A DNA stretch of 64,000 nucleotides, taken from Alphaproteobacteria bacterium. GTDB lineage: Bacteria > Pseudomonadota > Alphaproteobacteria > UBA828. Where the stretch lies: contig CBDCQT010000011.1 in assembly GCA_965220745.1 (NCBI GenBank), positions 32,001 to 96,000 of the forward strand, given 5' to 3'. Both the position numbers and the translations under genes were made by a program. Below the pieces are notes generated by a model. It had not been told where the DNA came from. It was given only the letters and a program-made list of their open reading frames with translations, and ran no database searches. Positions within the stretch are counted from its first letter, which is position 1. Each line of letters begins with the position of its first letter. This document shows, one piece after another, positions 19,894 through 29,844 of this stretch.

Positions 19894-21144
19894 CTAATGC
19901 GCCACGGCCGCCGCCGCGTGCTCGTCGATCAGCGCGCCGGAGGTGAAGCGGTCGAGCGCAAAGGGCGCGTTGAGCGGGTGCGGCTCGCCGGTCGCGATGG
20001 TGTGGGCCAGCACCCAGCCCGAGCCCGGCGTCGCCTTGAAGCCGCCGGTGCCCCAGCCGCCGTTGATGAAGAGACCTTCCACCGGGGTCTTGCCGATGAT
20101 GGGCGAGGCATCGGGGCAGACATCCACGATCCCGGCCCAGGAGCGCATCATCCGCACCCGGCTGAAGATCGGGATAAGCTCGACGATCGCCCCCATCTGG
20201 TCCTCGATGGTGTGCAGGCCACCCCGCTGGCTGTAGGAGTTGGGCGGGTCGAGGCCCGCGCCGATCACGAGCTCGCCCTTGTCGGACTGGCTGACGTAGA
20301 CGTGCACGCCGTTCGACATGATGACGCAGTGCAGCACCGGCTTGAGCGGCTCCGAGACCAGCGCCTGCAGCGGGTGGCTCTCGATAGGCAGGCGAAAGCC
20401 CGCCATCGCAGCCAAGACGGAGCTATGGCCCGCGACCACGATGCCGACCTTCTTCGCGGCAATCGTGCCTTGCGTGGTTTGCACGCCGGTCACCCGGCCG
20501 CCCTCGACGTCGATGCCGGTGACCTCGCAGTTCTGGATGATGTCGACGCCGCGCGCGTCCGCCGCCCGCGCAAAGCCCCAGGCGACGGCGTCATGGCGCG
20601 CATTGCCGCCGCGCCGCTGCAGGGTGCCGCCCATGATGGGGTAGCGCGTCTTGGACGAGGTGTTGAGGATCGGGCAGAACGCCTTGACGTCTTCCGTCGT
20701 CAGGAGCTCGGCATCCACCGCATTGAGGCGGTTGGCGTTGACCCGCCGGGTCGCCTCCTGCAGATCGTGGACGTTGTGGATCAGGTTCAGCACGCCCCGC
20801 TGGCTGAACATCAGGTTGTAGTTCAGCTCCTGTGCGAGGCCTTCCCATAGCTTGAGCGAGTGCTCATAAAGAGCCGCGCTCTCGTCCCACAGATAGTTGG
20901 AGCGGATCACCGTGGTGTTGCGGCCGGTGTTGCCGCCGCCGAGCCAGCCTTTCTCCAGCACCGCCACATTGGTGATGCCGTGGAGGGCGGCGAGGTAGTA
21001 GGCGGTCGCCAGCCCGTGCCCGCCGGCGCCGATGATGACCACGTCGTAGGCTGGCTTCGGCGCAGGGCTGCGCCACTGCTCCGGCCAGTGCTCGTGGTGG
21101 CTCAGCGCGTTGCGCGCCAGGCTGAAGATCGAGAACTTTTTCAT
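19894..21144 (-). CDS. soxB: Sarcosine oxidase subunit beta
   Basis: [49 protein letters not shown]. Confidence 0.97.
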   Translation of the reverse strand: MKKFSIFSLARNALSHHEHWPEQWRSPAPKPAYDVVIIGAGGHGLATAYYLAALHGITNVAVLEKGWLGGGNTGRNTTVIRSNYLWDESAALYEHSLKLWEGLAQELNYNLMFSQRGVLNLIHNVHDLQEATRRVNANRLNAVDAELLTTEDVKAFCPILNTSSKTRYPIMGGTLQRRGGNARHDAVAWGFARAADARGVDIIQNCEVTGIDVEGGRVTGVQTTQGTIAAKKVGIVVAGHSSVLAAMAGFRLPIESHPLQALVSEPLKPVLHCVIMSNGVHVYVSQSDKGELVIGAGLDPPNSYSQRGGLHTIEDQMGAIVELIPIFSRVRMMRSWAGIVDVCPDASPIIGKTPVEGLFINGGWGTGGFKATPGSGWVLAHTIATGEPHPLNAPFALDRFTSGALIDEHAAAAVAH

Positions 21145-21216
21145 TTGCGCGTGCCCGAATACAGGAACCGCGCGGCCGTGTCACTCGCTCCGGTTGGACG
21201 AATCCCCGTGCGCGTC

Positions 21217-21245
21217 TTGACGGGCTGCGGCCGGGGGGCTACTTG
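21217..21245 (+). promoter_or_regulatory. Putative sigma70 promoter for the CoA-binding protein/metY operon
   Basis: TTGACG-17 nt-TACTTG. Confidence 0.35.
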
Positions 21246-21286
21246 TGCGCCTCACGCACCCCCGACAGCCGCACGGATCTCTCACG

Positions 21287-21838
21287 ATGGTCGATGTCGC
21301 GATCAAGTCGACGGACGGGCACCCGCTCGTCTTCCTGCCCGAGCACGACGGCTACGCCGACGATTACCTGCGCACCATTCTCCGAGGGGTGAAGACCTTC
21401 GCGATGGTGGGCGCCAGCACCCAGTGGCGCCGGCCCAGCTTCTACGCCATGAAGTACCTGACCAAGAAGGGTTATCGGGTGATTCCGATCAACCCGGGCC
21501 GGGCCGGCGAGACGATCCTGGGCGAGACGGTCTACGGCAGCATCGCCGAGTGTCCCGATAAGCTCGACATGGTGGATATCTTCCGCACCTCGGAGGAGGC
21601 GCTGGATATCACCAAGGACGTCATCGCGAACAAGGACGAGAAGGGCATCGGGGTGCTGTGGATGCAGCTCACGGTGCGCAACGACCACGCCGCGCAGCTC
21701 GCCGAAGAGGCCGGGCTCACGGTCGTCATGAACCGCTGCCCCAAGATCGAGTTCGCCCGGCTCTCGGGCGAGCTGAGCTATAGTGGCATCAACTCGCGGA
21801 TCGTATCCGCCAAGCGGGCAAGGCCGCTCAACGCATGA
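21287..21838 (+). CDS. CoA-binding protein (YccU-like)
   Basis: AMVGAS...RPSF, GYRVIPINP, DMVDIFR, LWMQL, VVMNRCPKIE. Confidence 0.92.
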   Translation: MVDVAIKSTDGHPLVFLPEHDGYADDYLRTILRGVKTFAMVGASTQWRRPSFYAMKYLTKKGYRVIPINPGRAGETILGETVYGSIAECPDKLDMVDIFRTSEEALDITKDVIANKDEKGIGVLWMQLTVRNDHAAQLAEEAGLTVVMNRCPKIEFARLSGELSYSGINSRIVSAKRARPLNA

Positions 21839-23160
21839 ACGAGATGCAACCCCTCAAGGCGGAGGCCGCCAAGGCCGCGCCGCAACGCGAGTACGGGATG
21901 GAGACGCTGGCGGTCCACGCCGGCGCGCGGCCCGACCCGGTCACCGGTGCGCGGACGACGCCGATCTATCAGACCGCGGCCTACGCTTTCGACGATGCCG
22001 ACCATGCGGCCGAGCTCTTCAACCTGCAGACCTTCGGCTACATCTATTCGCGCATCACCAACCCCACCGTCGCCGTGCTCGAGGAACGGGTCGCGGCGTT
22101 GGAGAACGGACGCGGCGCCGTGGCGGCTGCCACCGGCCACGCGGCGCAGTTCCTGTTGGGCGCGACGCTGCTGGAGAGCGGCGACGAGTTCATCTCGTCC
22201 AACAATCTCTACGGCGGCTCGGTCACCCAGTTCGGCGTGAGCTTCAAGAAGCTGGGCTGGACCTGCCATTTCGTTGACATGACCGAGCCCGAGAACGTCG
22301 AGAAGGCGATGACGGACAAGGTCAAGTTCGTCTTCTGCGAGGGGCTGGCCAACCCCGGCGGCATCGTGCTCGACCTCGAAGCGATCGCCGAAGTCACGAA
22401 GCGCCACGGCGTGCCGCTCATTGTCGACAACACAATGGCCTCGCCCTATCTCTGCCGGCCCTTCGAGCACGGCGCCGACCTCGTGGTCCACTCAACCACG
22501 AAGTTCATCGGCGGCCACGGCAATACCATGGGCGGCATAGTGGTCGAATCCGGCCGCTTCGACTGGTGGCAGAACGACAAGTTCCCGAGCATGACCAAGC
22601 CGGACCCGGCCTATCACGGCCTCACCTTCGCCGAGACCTTCGGCGATTTCGGCTTTACCATGAAGATGCGCGCCGTGGCGCTGCGGGACTATGGCCCAAG
22701 CATGGCCGCACAGGCGGCCTGGAACCTGCTGCAGGGGGTAGAGACGTTGCCGCTCCGCATGGAGCGCCATTGCTCCAACGCGCTCGCGGTCGCCAAGTAT
22801 CTGGAAGACCACCCCAAGGTCTCCTGGGTTTCCTACGCCGGGCTGAAATCGAACCGCTATTACGAGCTCGCCCAGAGATACCTGCCGCGCGGTGCCGGTG
22901 CGGTCTTCACCTTCGGCGTCAAGGGCGGCTACGAGGCCGGGCTCAGGGTGGTCGATACCGTCAACATGTTCTCGCACCTTGCCAATATCGGCGACACGCG
23001 GAGCCTGATCATCCACCCGGCGTCCACCACCCACCGCCAGCTCACCGACGAGCAGAAGACCAACGCCGGTGCCGGGCCAGACGTGGTGCGCCTCTCGGTC
23101 GGCATCGAGAGCATCGACGACATCATCGCCGACCTCGACCAGGCCCTCGATCAGGCCTGA
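21835..23160 (+). CDS. metY: O-acetylhomoserine aminocarboxypropyltransferase (sulfhydrylase)
   Basis: TPIYQT, YSRITNPT, VHSTTKFIGGHG PLP Lys, HLANIGDTRSLIIHPASTTHRQL. Confidence 0.93.
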   Translation: MNEMQPLKAEAAKAAPQREYGMETLAVHAGARPDPVTGARTTPIYQTAAYAFDDADHAAELFNLQTFGYIYSRITNPTVAVLEERVAALENGRGAVAAATGHAAQFLLGATLLESGDEFISSNNLYGGSVTQFGVSFKKLGWTCHFVDMTEPENVEKAMTDKVKFVFCEGLANPGGIVLDLEAIAEVTKRHGVPLIVDNTMASPYLCRPFEHGADLVVHSTTKFIGGHGNTMGGIVVESGRFDWWQNDKFPSMTKPDPAYHGLTFAETFGDFGFTMKMRAVALRDYGPSMAAQAAWNLLQGVETLPLRMERHCSNALAVAKYLEDHPKVSWVSYAGLKSNRYYELAQRYLPRGAGAVFTFGVKGGYEAGLRVVDTVNMFSHLANIGDTRSLIIHPASTTHRQLTDEQKTNAGAGPDVVRLSVGIESIDDIIADLDQALDQA

Positions 23161-23214
23161 CGGTCGCGCTTCTCTGCCGGGTGGGTTTGAGTGCCGCTCT
23201 CGCGGGCGGGCCGG

Positions 23215-23889
23215 CTATGACCAATACAGGTTGATTCTTGGCCGCTGTATGTCCCGTACCCTGTCTCGAAGCGATTTCACGCGAGGCTCATGACCTGGAA
23301 TTCGCGCCTCATGAGTTTCCACGAAGATGTAGTCAATGCGTTTCATGATCTCAGGCCGGTCAAACAAGGCTTCGAGTAAATCGACTTCTGCGCCCTCAAT
23401 ATCCATTTTTAGTGTTCCAATGTCTTCGTTGAGGCGCTCAAGATAGGCGATAAAGTCGATCTGGCGAACTTCAACAGCTTCGTGTTCGGCCACATTGGTC
23501 TTGCTGGAGATTAGAGAACTCGATCCCGAGTGCAAAGCGGGATCGTCCTGGAACCGGACATGGCGATAGAGAAGCACCCTTCCTTCATGCGTGCCGGCTG
23601 CCACTTTCTCAAGCCTGACGTTTTGGAGATCGGCGACTTTGGCTTGCAGTAAATCGAAGGTCCAAGGATCCGGCTCGAAGGCGATAACCTGCTTGGCAAC
23701 CGACGCCATCATTCTGGTGTAATCACCCACATTTGCGCCCAAGTCGATGCAGGTCATGCCTCGGGAATGGCGTAAAGCCTCCGGAAAGCCCCGTGTCCGA
23801 GCATGCAATCGAGAATACCTTCGTTGGTAGCCGCGTCCGATCTTTCCGGGCAGATGACGCATAAGGTCGTATTTGAAGAGCTTGTCCAT
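23215..23889 (-). CDS. FkbM family methyltransferase
   Basis: IDLGANVG, IAFEPDP, LKMDIEGAE; lower GC than neighbours. Confidence 0.9.
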   Translation of the reverse strand: MDKLFKYDLMRHLPGKIGRGYQRRYSRLHARTRGFPEALRHSRGMTCIDLGANVGDYTRMMASVAKQVIAFEPDPWTFDLLQAKVADLQNVRLEKVAAGTHEGRVLLYRHVRFQDDPALHSGSSSLISSKTNVAEHEAVEVRQIDFIAYLERLNEDIGTLKMDIEGAEVDLLEALFDRPEIMKRIDYIFVETHEARIPGHEPRVKSLRDRVRDIQRPRINLYWS

Positions 23890-23986
23890 CCTTATTGGCT
23901 AACTCTTCGCTACCGATGTGCGTCGATTGGCCACCAAGATGACATTCTTGACCAGTGTACCCACACTGGCGCGCGTGGCTCGTGGC

Positions 23987-24724
23987 CTAGGGCACGCCTG
24001 ACGCGCGGTCGCGGGCGGCGAGCAAACCGCGGCAGAGTGCGCCGTTGAATTCCATGGCGATGCGGACGCTGGCGAGCGTACGCAGATGCTCGTCGAAGCC
24101 CGCTTCGGTGAGCGGCGCCCCCTCAGCCGTGACGAAGGCGCGGTCGTCCGGCCCGGCGGGGCCGCCGACGTGAGCTCTCATCTCCAGGTGGCGGCGTTTC
24201 AGTCCCGCGATTTCGGACCCAGTGAGGGTGGTGCCCTCCAACGCCTGCACCGTCATCGCCACCAATGCGGCCTTGTCGAAACCTTGGGCCAGCAGGGCGC
24301 GCAGCAGCGCCTCCTGCCGCCCCTGAAACGCCTTGCACCGAAAGGTCGTGCGCAAATTCGCCAGAGAATCGTCGTCGCCCGCTTCTCCGAAAGCGTCACC
24401 GAAGGCGAGGCCCTCGGCGACCCCTCGATTGACCTCGTCCGCGCACATGTGCTCGCGCAGGCGCGGGACCACGCGCGTTGCCCACGGCAACGCGGCGACG
24501 GCGTCGCGCATGTCCTCGGCCATCATGTAGGCGAAGTTCGCGGCGCACCAGAAGGTCGGCAGGCGGAAGTCGATGGAAACCGCGCCGTCCGCGCCGACCG
24601 TCACCTCCTCCACGAAGCCCAAATCGGTCACCGGCTCGTCCAGCTCGGGATCAGTGACAGTGCCGAGACAAGCCAAGACCTCGGCCTCGCGCCCGGCCTC
24701 GTTCGCACCCCCGGCCGTGCTCAT
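23987..24724 (-). CDS. DUF59/MIP18 metal-sulfur cluster assembly-type protein
   Basis: L.TVTDPELDEPVTDLGFV, FRLPTFWCAANFAYMMA, FNG.LCRGLL. Confidence 0.85.
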   Translation of the reverse strand: MSTAGGANEAGREAEVLACLGTVTDPELDEPVTDLGFVEEVTVGADGAVSIDFRLPTFWCAANFAYMMAEDMRDAVAALPWATRVVPRLREHMCADEVNRGVAEGLAFGDAFGEAGDDDSLANLRTTFRCKAFQGRQEALLRALLAQGFDKAALVAMTVQALEGTTLTGSEIAGLKRRHLEMRAHVGGPAGPDDRAFVTAEGAPLTEAGFDEHLRTLASVRIAMEFNGALCRGLLAARDRASGVP

Positions 24725-24746
24725 GGGCCGCGTCCGCCGCGCCGCC

Positions 24747-25745
24747 CTAGCTCCAAAGCTTCGCCTTGGCCGCGTCGATGTCTATGTCGTAGAGCCGCGC
24801 CGCGTTGAGCCCCAGAATCTTCCTCTTCACCTCGGGAGTGAGGTCAACGCCGCGCTCCTGCTTGATGTCCTCGGGCAGCTCGAAGGCCCAGAACTTCTCC
24901 ACCAGCCACTTCGGCGTCCAGATGGCGTAGTCGCTCGCAAAGGTGAGCTTGTCCTCGCCGACCCAGAAGAGGAGCTCGGCGATCACTTCGGCGAAATAGC
25001 GTGGGCGGGCGTGCATGAACGGCATCACCACCGCAAGCCCGCCCCAGACGTTCTCCTCCTGCACGGCGATCCAGCAGAAGTCGTCGAGCCGCGGCAGCCC
25101 GACGTGTTCCACGATGAATTTGAGATTGGGGAAGTCGGTCGCGGCGTAGTCCACGTCGTGGCAGTCGAAGGCGTCCTTGGCCAGCGGCGTGATGGTTGGC
25201 CCCTTGTGGACGTGCATGTTGGTGATGCCGAGCTTCTCGCAGAGCTCGAAGCAGCGATAGGCCTCGGTGTCGTTGAGCCGCCAGCCGCGCGAGGTGCCGC
25301 GCCATTCCGCCGTGTAGAGCTTTACGCCCCGAATGCCGTAGGCTTCCTTCAGCGCGTGCAGGTGCTCCAGCGCGGCCGTGCCCTCGCGGGGGTCGAAGGA
25401 GCCGTTGAGGATGAAGCGGTCCGGGTGCGCCTGCGTGATGACGGCGTTCTGCTCGGTGGTGTTGAAGCCCTCGATATAGAACTCCTTGAGGTAGGTCGGC
25501 TGGATGATCGCCATGTCCACCGGCCCGTCGACGAAGAGGTCGCGGACCATCGTCTCCGCGTCGTACTTCTCGAACTTCTCCTTGGGCCAGACCTCCTGCT
25601 CGGGGCTGAGCGCACTGTGGTAGGCATAAAAGCAGTCGATGAACTGCTTGCCGTGAATGTTGCGCTGGTTGGCCGGCGCGGCATCCCAGAAGTGGGTGTG
25701 CCCGTCGACGACGAACAGTTCCTCCCCGTCGCTGGTCCTGTACAT
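24747..25745 (-). CDS. Amidohydrolase_2 family protein of the type found in propane-monooxygenase clusters
   Basis: VDGHTHFWD, GVKLYTAEW, HVHKGPTI, VEHVGLPRLDDFCWIA, FASDYAIW. Confidence 0.88.
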   Translation of the reverse strand: MYRTSDGEELFVVDGHTHFWDAAPANQRNIHGKQFIDCFYAYHSALSPEQEVWPKEKFEKYDAETMVRDLFVDGPVDMAIIQPTYLKEFYIEGFNTTEQNAVITQAHPDRFILNGSFDPREGTAALEHLHALKEAYGIRGVKLYTAEWRGTSRGWRLNDTEAYRCFELCEKLGITNMHVHKGPTITPLAKDAFDCHDVDYAATDFPNLKFIVEHVGLPRLDDFCWIAVQEENVWGGLAVVMPFMHARPRYFAEVIAELLFWVGEDKLTFASDYAIWTPKWLVEKFWAFELPEDIKQERGVDLTPEVKRKILGLNAARLYDIDIDAAKAKLWS

Positions 25746-25888
25746 CACGTGCTCCCCTCGGCTGCGACCGAGGGCGAGGGTAGCCGGGCCCGCGCCAAAC
25801 ACAAGCCGCGATGCGGGAGGCGATATGGCGCGCACACGGCGCCGCTGATAAGCTGGCGGGAGCGCGGAACGAGAGGGGAGATCCGGGG

Positions 25889-26593
25889 ATGGCTGAGCGG
25901 ATGGTCGACCTGACGTTGACGCTGACCGACAACATGCCGGCGCACAAGCTGTTCCAGCGCCCGGTCATCGTGCCCCACTACACCCACGAGCAGACCCGCG
26001 AGCAGTTCTTCCTGGGTGTCGAGGACGACAGGCTCTCCTTCGCCACCACCTACATGGGCATGATCGACCACATCGGCACCCACGTGGACGCCTTCTATCA
26101 CGTCAATCCCGAGGGCGCGCCGGTGGACCAGATGCCGCTCGACATGTTCATGGGCAAGGCGGTCTGCTGGGACCTGACCTACGTCCCCGATCTCGGCGAT
26201 ATCGACGTGGCGGACTTCGAGGAAGCGGAGGAGAAGGGCGGCGTCAAGGTGGACGGCCACATCGTCCTGCTCAACACCGGGCTCCACAATCGCCACTACC
26301 CGGACGTGAAGTCGGTATGGAGCAACCCCGGCATCACCGAAGCTGCGACCCATTGGCTCGCGGATCGCGGCTCGAAGCTCCACGGCGTCGAAGGCCCATC
26401 TACCGATAAGCCTTCCGATAACCTCTTCCCCAACCACCGCGTCTGCCGCGACCGCGGCATCGCCCACTACGAATGGTTGATCAACCTCGAAGAGCTGATC
26501 GGCAAGGGCGAGTTCATGTTCTACGGGCCGCCGATCAAGATTGGTAACGGCAGCGGCGCGCCGGTTCGCGCCTGGGCGATCCTCGACGAATAG
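25889..26593 (+). CDS. Cyclase family metal-dependent hydrolase (kynurenine formamidase-like)
   Basis: HIGTHVDAFYH (HxGTHxDxxxH), H..E.L.NL, GSGAPVRA. Confidence 0.9.
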   Translation: MAERMVDLTLTLTDNMPAHKLFQRPVIVPHYTHEQTREQFFLGVEDDRLSFATTYMGMIDHIGTHVDAFYHVNPEGAPVDQMPLDMFMGKAVCWDLTYVPDLGDIDVADFEEAEEKGGVKVDGHIVLLNTGLHNRHYPDVKSVWSNPGITEAATHWLADRGSKLHGVEGPSTDKPSDNLFPNHRVCRDRGIAHYEWLINLEELIGKGEFMFYGPPIKIGNGSGAPVRAWAILDE

Positions 26594-26629
26594 ATCGCGC
26601 GCCTGCGCCTGGCGCCGGGTGAGGCGCCG

Positions 26630-27703
26630 ATGACCCGCATCGACGACCGCTCGGTCGACGAGCGCATTCCCATCACCCTGCTCACGGGTTTTTTGGGCGC
26701 CGGCAAGACCACGCTGGTCAACCGTCTGCTAAGCGCACCCGACGCCGGAAAGATCGCGGTGATCGTCAACGAGTTCGGCGAGATCGGCATCGACGGCGAC
26801 CTCATCGCCCGAGCCAACGAGGACATGCTGGAGCTCACCAACGGCTGCATCTGCTGCGCCGCCCAGGGCGACCTGATGGACGGGCTCAACCGGCTCTTCC
26901 TGCGCAAGATCGGCCTTGCCGAGCCCCAGGTGGACTTCGACAAGATCGTGATCGAGACCACGGGCATCGCCGACCCCTCGCCGCTGGCCCGGCTCTTCTA
27001 CACGGACATGAAGCTCGACCTCACCTTCCGCCTCGACGCGGTGCTGACGGTGGTGGACCTGAAGCACGTGACCGGCCAGATCGTGCGCTCGCCGGAGGCG
27101 CAGAAGCAGATCGCCATCGCCGACAAGCTCATCTTCAACAAGCGCGACCTTGTGGATGATGCAGAGTTTACGGCGGCCGTGGCAGCGGTCGAGCGCCTCA
27201 ACCCCTTCTCGGTCAAGGACGTCACCACGCACGGGGCGCTGCCGGTGGAGCGGCTGCTCGACCTCGACCTGTTCGAGCCCAAGCGGCGGGACGACATGGT
27301 GGGCGCCTGGATCGGCGCCGACCGGCCGGACGCTGCCGATCTTTCCCTCGACGAACATGTTCACACGCCGGGCGTCGGCGCGGTCTGTTTGCAAACCCGT
27401 GAGCCGCTGGAGTGGAACGCGCTGCTCCGCTTCTTCCTCGAACTCACGCAGGAGAAGGGCGAAGACCTCTTCCGCGTGAAGGGCATGGTGCATTTCCAGA
27501 ATGTCGAGAAGCCGGTCATCATCCAGGGCGTGCAGACCACCTTCAGCCCGCCCACCTATGCCGAGGCGTGGCCGCGCGGCGAGGTGGCGACGCGGATCGT
27601 GGTGATCGGCCGCGACCTCGACCGGGCCTCGATGGAGGCGCGCTTCGCGGCCTGCGTGGCGAAGCGCGAGGCCACGCTCGATCGCGGCCTCGGGGCCATC
27701 TGA
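26630..27703 (+). CDS. COG0523/CobW family GTPase metallochaperone
   Basis: GFLGAGKTT, NEFGE, NGCICC, IETTGIADP, NKxD, RVKG C-terminal domain. Confidence 0.95.
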   Translation: MTRIDDRSVDERIPITLLTGFLGAGKTTLVNRLLSAPDAGKIAVIVNEFGEIGIDGDLIARANEDMLELTNGCICCAAQGDLMDGLNRLFLRKIGLAEPQVDFDKIVIETTGIADPSPLARLFYTDMKLDLTFRLDAVLTVVDLKHVTGQIVRSPEAQKQIAIADKLIFNKRDLVDDAEFTAAVAAVERLNPFSVKDVTTHGALPVERLLDLDLFEPKRRDDMVGAWIGADRPDAADLSLDEHVHTPGVGAVCLQTREPLEWNALLRFFLELTQEKGEDLFRVKGMVHFQNVEKPVIIQGVQTTFSPPTYAEAWPRGEVATRIVVIGRDLDRASMEARFAACVAKREATLDRGLGAI

Positions 27704-27716
27704 GCAGGAGCCATCC

Positions 27717-29111
27717 ATGAGCTTTGCCTACATGACGGCGACCGAACTCAAGGGCCTGCTCGCGGCGCGCGACATCTCGCCGGTGGAGCTGGTGGAGGAC
27801 ACGCTCAGCCGTCAGGAGGCGCTGGAGCCCCAGATCAACGCCTTCGTCACCCGCACGCCGGAAGTCGCGCTGGAAGCCGCACGCGAGGCGGAGCGGGCCA
27901 TCGCTGCGGGCGAGGCGGGCGCTATCGCGGGTCTGCCCACCTCGGTCAAGGATCTGGTGGCAATGGCGGGCGTGCCCTGGACCTTCGGCTCCCGGCCCTT
28001 CGCCGACAACGTGGTGGACTTCGACGCGCCCGCGGTGGAGCGAGTCAGGGCGGCCGGCGGCTGCATCGTCGGCAAGTCCACCACCAGCGAGTTCGGCTGC
28101 AAGGCGGTCTGCGACAGTCCTCTCACCGGGATCACCCGCAATCCGTGGAATCTGGCGAAGACATCCGGCGGCTCCAGCGGCGGCGGGGCCGCGAGCGTCG
28201 CCGCCGGGCTCACACCGTTCGCGGTCTGCACCGATGGCGGCGGCTCCGTGCGCATTCCCTCTGCGCTCTGCGGGCTTTTCGGCATCAAGGGGCAGTTCGC
28301 GCGGGTGCCGGTGCACCCGGTCTCGGCGGCGCCGACGCTCGCCCACGTGGGTGCGATCGCGCGCACGGTGCGGGACGCCGCGCTGCTGCTGGGCGTCATG
28401 GCAGGCCACGACCGGCGCGATGCTTTCGGCGTCGCCGAGCCCGTGCCGGATTTCGTTGCCGCCTGCGATGGGGACGCGTCGGGCATGCGCATCGCCTGGA
28501 GCCCCACCCTAGGCTACGCCGAGCCCAAGCCCGAGATCGCGGCCCTTTGCGAGGTCGCTGCCCGGCGTTTCGAGGCGCTGGGGTGCGAGGTGGAGCTGGT
28601 CGAGGACGCGCTGGGCGATGACCCGGTTGAGGTCTGGATGGCGGAGTTCTACGGCGGCATCGGCACCAAACTGAAGGACCTGATGACGGAGCGGCAGGAG
28701 GAACTGGATCCGGCCGTGGTCGAGACGCTGAGCGGCGGGCTCGACCGCTCAATGGTGGACTATTTCGGCCAGCTCTTCGCCCGCTACGAGTTCCGCGAGA
28801 AGATGCGCCAGTTCTTCGAGCGCTACGACCTGCTGCTCTCGCCGACACTGCCGTGCGCCGCCTTCGACGTGGGCCACGACACGCCGCCGGGGCTGGAGGC
28901 ACGCAACATCGTCTCCTGGGTCTACTACACCTATCCGTTCAACCTGACCGGCCAGCCGGCAGCCTCGATTCCGGCGGGCTTCACCGACGCCGGGCTCCCG
29001 GTGGGCCTGCAGATGGTGGCCGGCATCAACCGCGAGGTGGACATTCTGCGCGCGGCCGCCGCGTTCGAGGAAGCGGCACCCTGGGCCGATCGACGGCCGC
29101 CTCTGGCCTAG
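27717..29111 (+). CDS. Amidase (amidase signature family)
   Basis: VKDL, GGSSGG, TDGGGSVRIP, YTYPFNLTGQPA. Confidence 0.93.
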   Translation: MSFAYMTATELKGLLAARDISPVELVEDTLSRQEALEPQINAFVTRTPEVALEAAREAERAIAAGEAGAIAGLPTSVKDLVAMAGVPWTFGSRPFADNVVDFDAPAVERVRAAGGCIVGKSTTSEFGCKAVCDSPLTGITRNPWNLAKTSGGSSGGGAASVAAGLTPFAVCTDGGGSVRIPSALCGLFGIKGQFARVPVHPVSAAPTLAHVGAIARTVRDAALLLGVMAGHDRRDAFGVAEPVPDFVAACDGDASGMRIAWSPTLGYAEPKPEIAALCEVAARRFEALGCEVELVEDALGDDPVEVWMAEFYGGIGTKLKDLMTERQEELDPAVVETLSGGLDRSMVDYFGQLFARYEFREKMRQFFERYDLLLSPTLPCAAFDVGHDTPPGLEARNIVSWVYYTYPFNLTGQPAASIPAGFTDAGLPVGLQMVAGINREVDILRAAAAFEEAAPWADRRPPLA

Positions 29112-29157
29112 CCAGAACCGCCGGCCCGCCGGACAGCGCACAACGAGGGAGGCGGCG

Positions 29158-29844
29158 ATGCCGCTGGATGACAAGGTCCGCGAGGCGCTCGACACCATCT
29201 TCTCCGGCGATTCCGGGCTCTACCGGAATCGCGGCTGGAACCAGCGCTCGGGCTTCGGCACGCGGCCCGCGCTCCTCAACATCGACCTCGCCAACGCCTG
29301 GACCCGGCCAGGCTACCGCTTCTCCTGCGATGACATGGACGAGCGGATCATCCCTGGCGTGCAGCGCCTGCTCGAAGCCGCGCGCGCAAAGCGGGTGCCA
29401 ATCATCTACACCACCACCGCCTTCTGCAGCCGCTTCGACATGGGCGCGTTCCCGCTCAAGAAGCCCTTCGAGGACCTCATGCTGGGCTCGCCGGCGACCG
29501 AGATCGACGACCGCGTCGCGCTTGAGGAAGGCGTCGACACGCTGATCGTCAAGAAGCGGCCGAGTGCCTTCGCCGGCACCCACCTCGGCGGCATCCTGCG
29601 CGCCGGCGGTATCGACACGCTGATCTGCACCGGCGTCACCATGGCGAGCTGCGTCAGGCACACGGTCGAGGACGCGCTCGGCGAGGGCTTCCGTACCGTT
29701 ATCGTCCGCGAGTGCGTGGGCGACCGCGTGCCCGCGGCAATCGAGTGGAACCTGTTCGACCTCGACATGAAGTATTGCGATGTCGAGCCGCTCGAACGTG
29801 TCCTCACGTATCTGGCGGACCTGGAACCCTTCGAAGAACGCTAA
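29158..29844 (+). CDS. Isochorismatase family hydrolase (N-carbamoylsarcosine/maleamate amidase-like)
   Basis: GFG.RPALL.ID, KKRPSAFAGT, GVTMASCVRHT catalytic Cys, FDLDMKYCDV. Confidence 0.9.
   Translation: MPLDDKVREALDTIFSGDSGLYRNRGWNQRSGFGTRPALLNIDLANAWTRPGYRFSCDDMDERIIPGVQRLLEAARAKRVPIIYTTTAFCSRFDMGAFPLKKPFEDLMLGSPATEIDDRVALEEGVDTLIVKKRPSAFAGTHLGGILRAGGIDTLICTGVTMASCVRHTVEDALGEGFRTVIVRECVGDRVPAAIEWNLFDLDMKYCDVEPLERVLTYLADLEPFEER

Noticed and set aside
15994-21144. soxBDAG as a novel system
   Set aside because: Canonical heterotetrameric sarcosine oxidase order and motifs.
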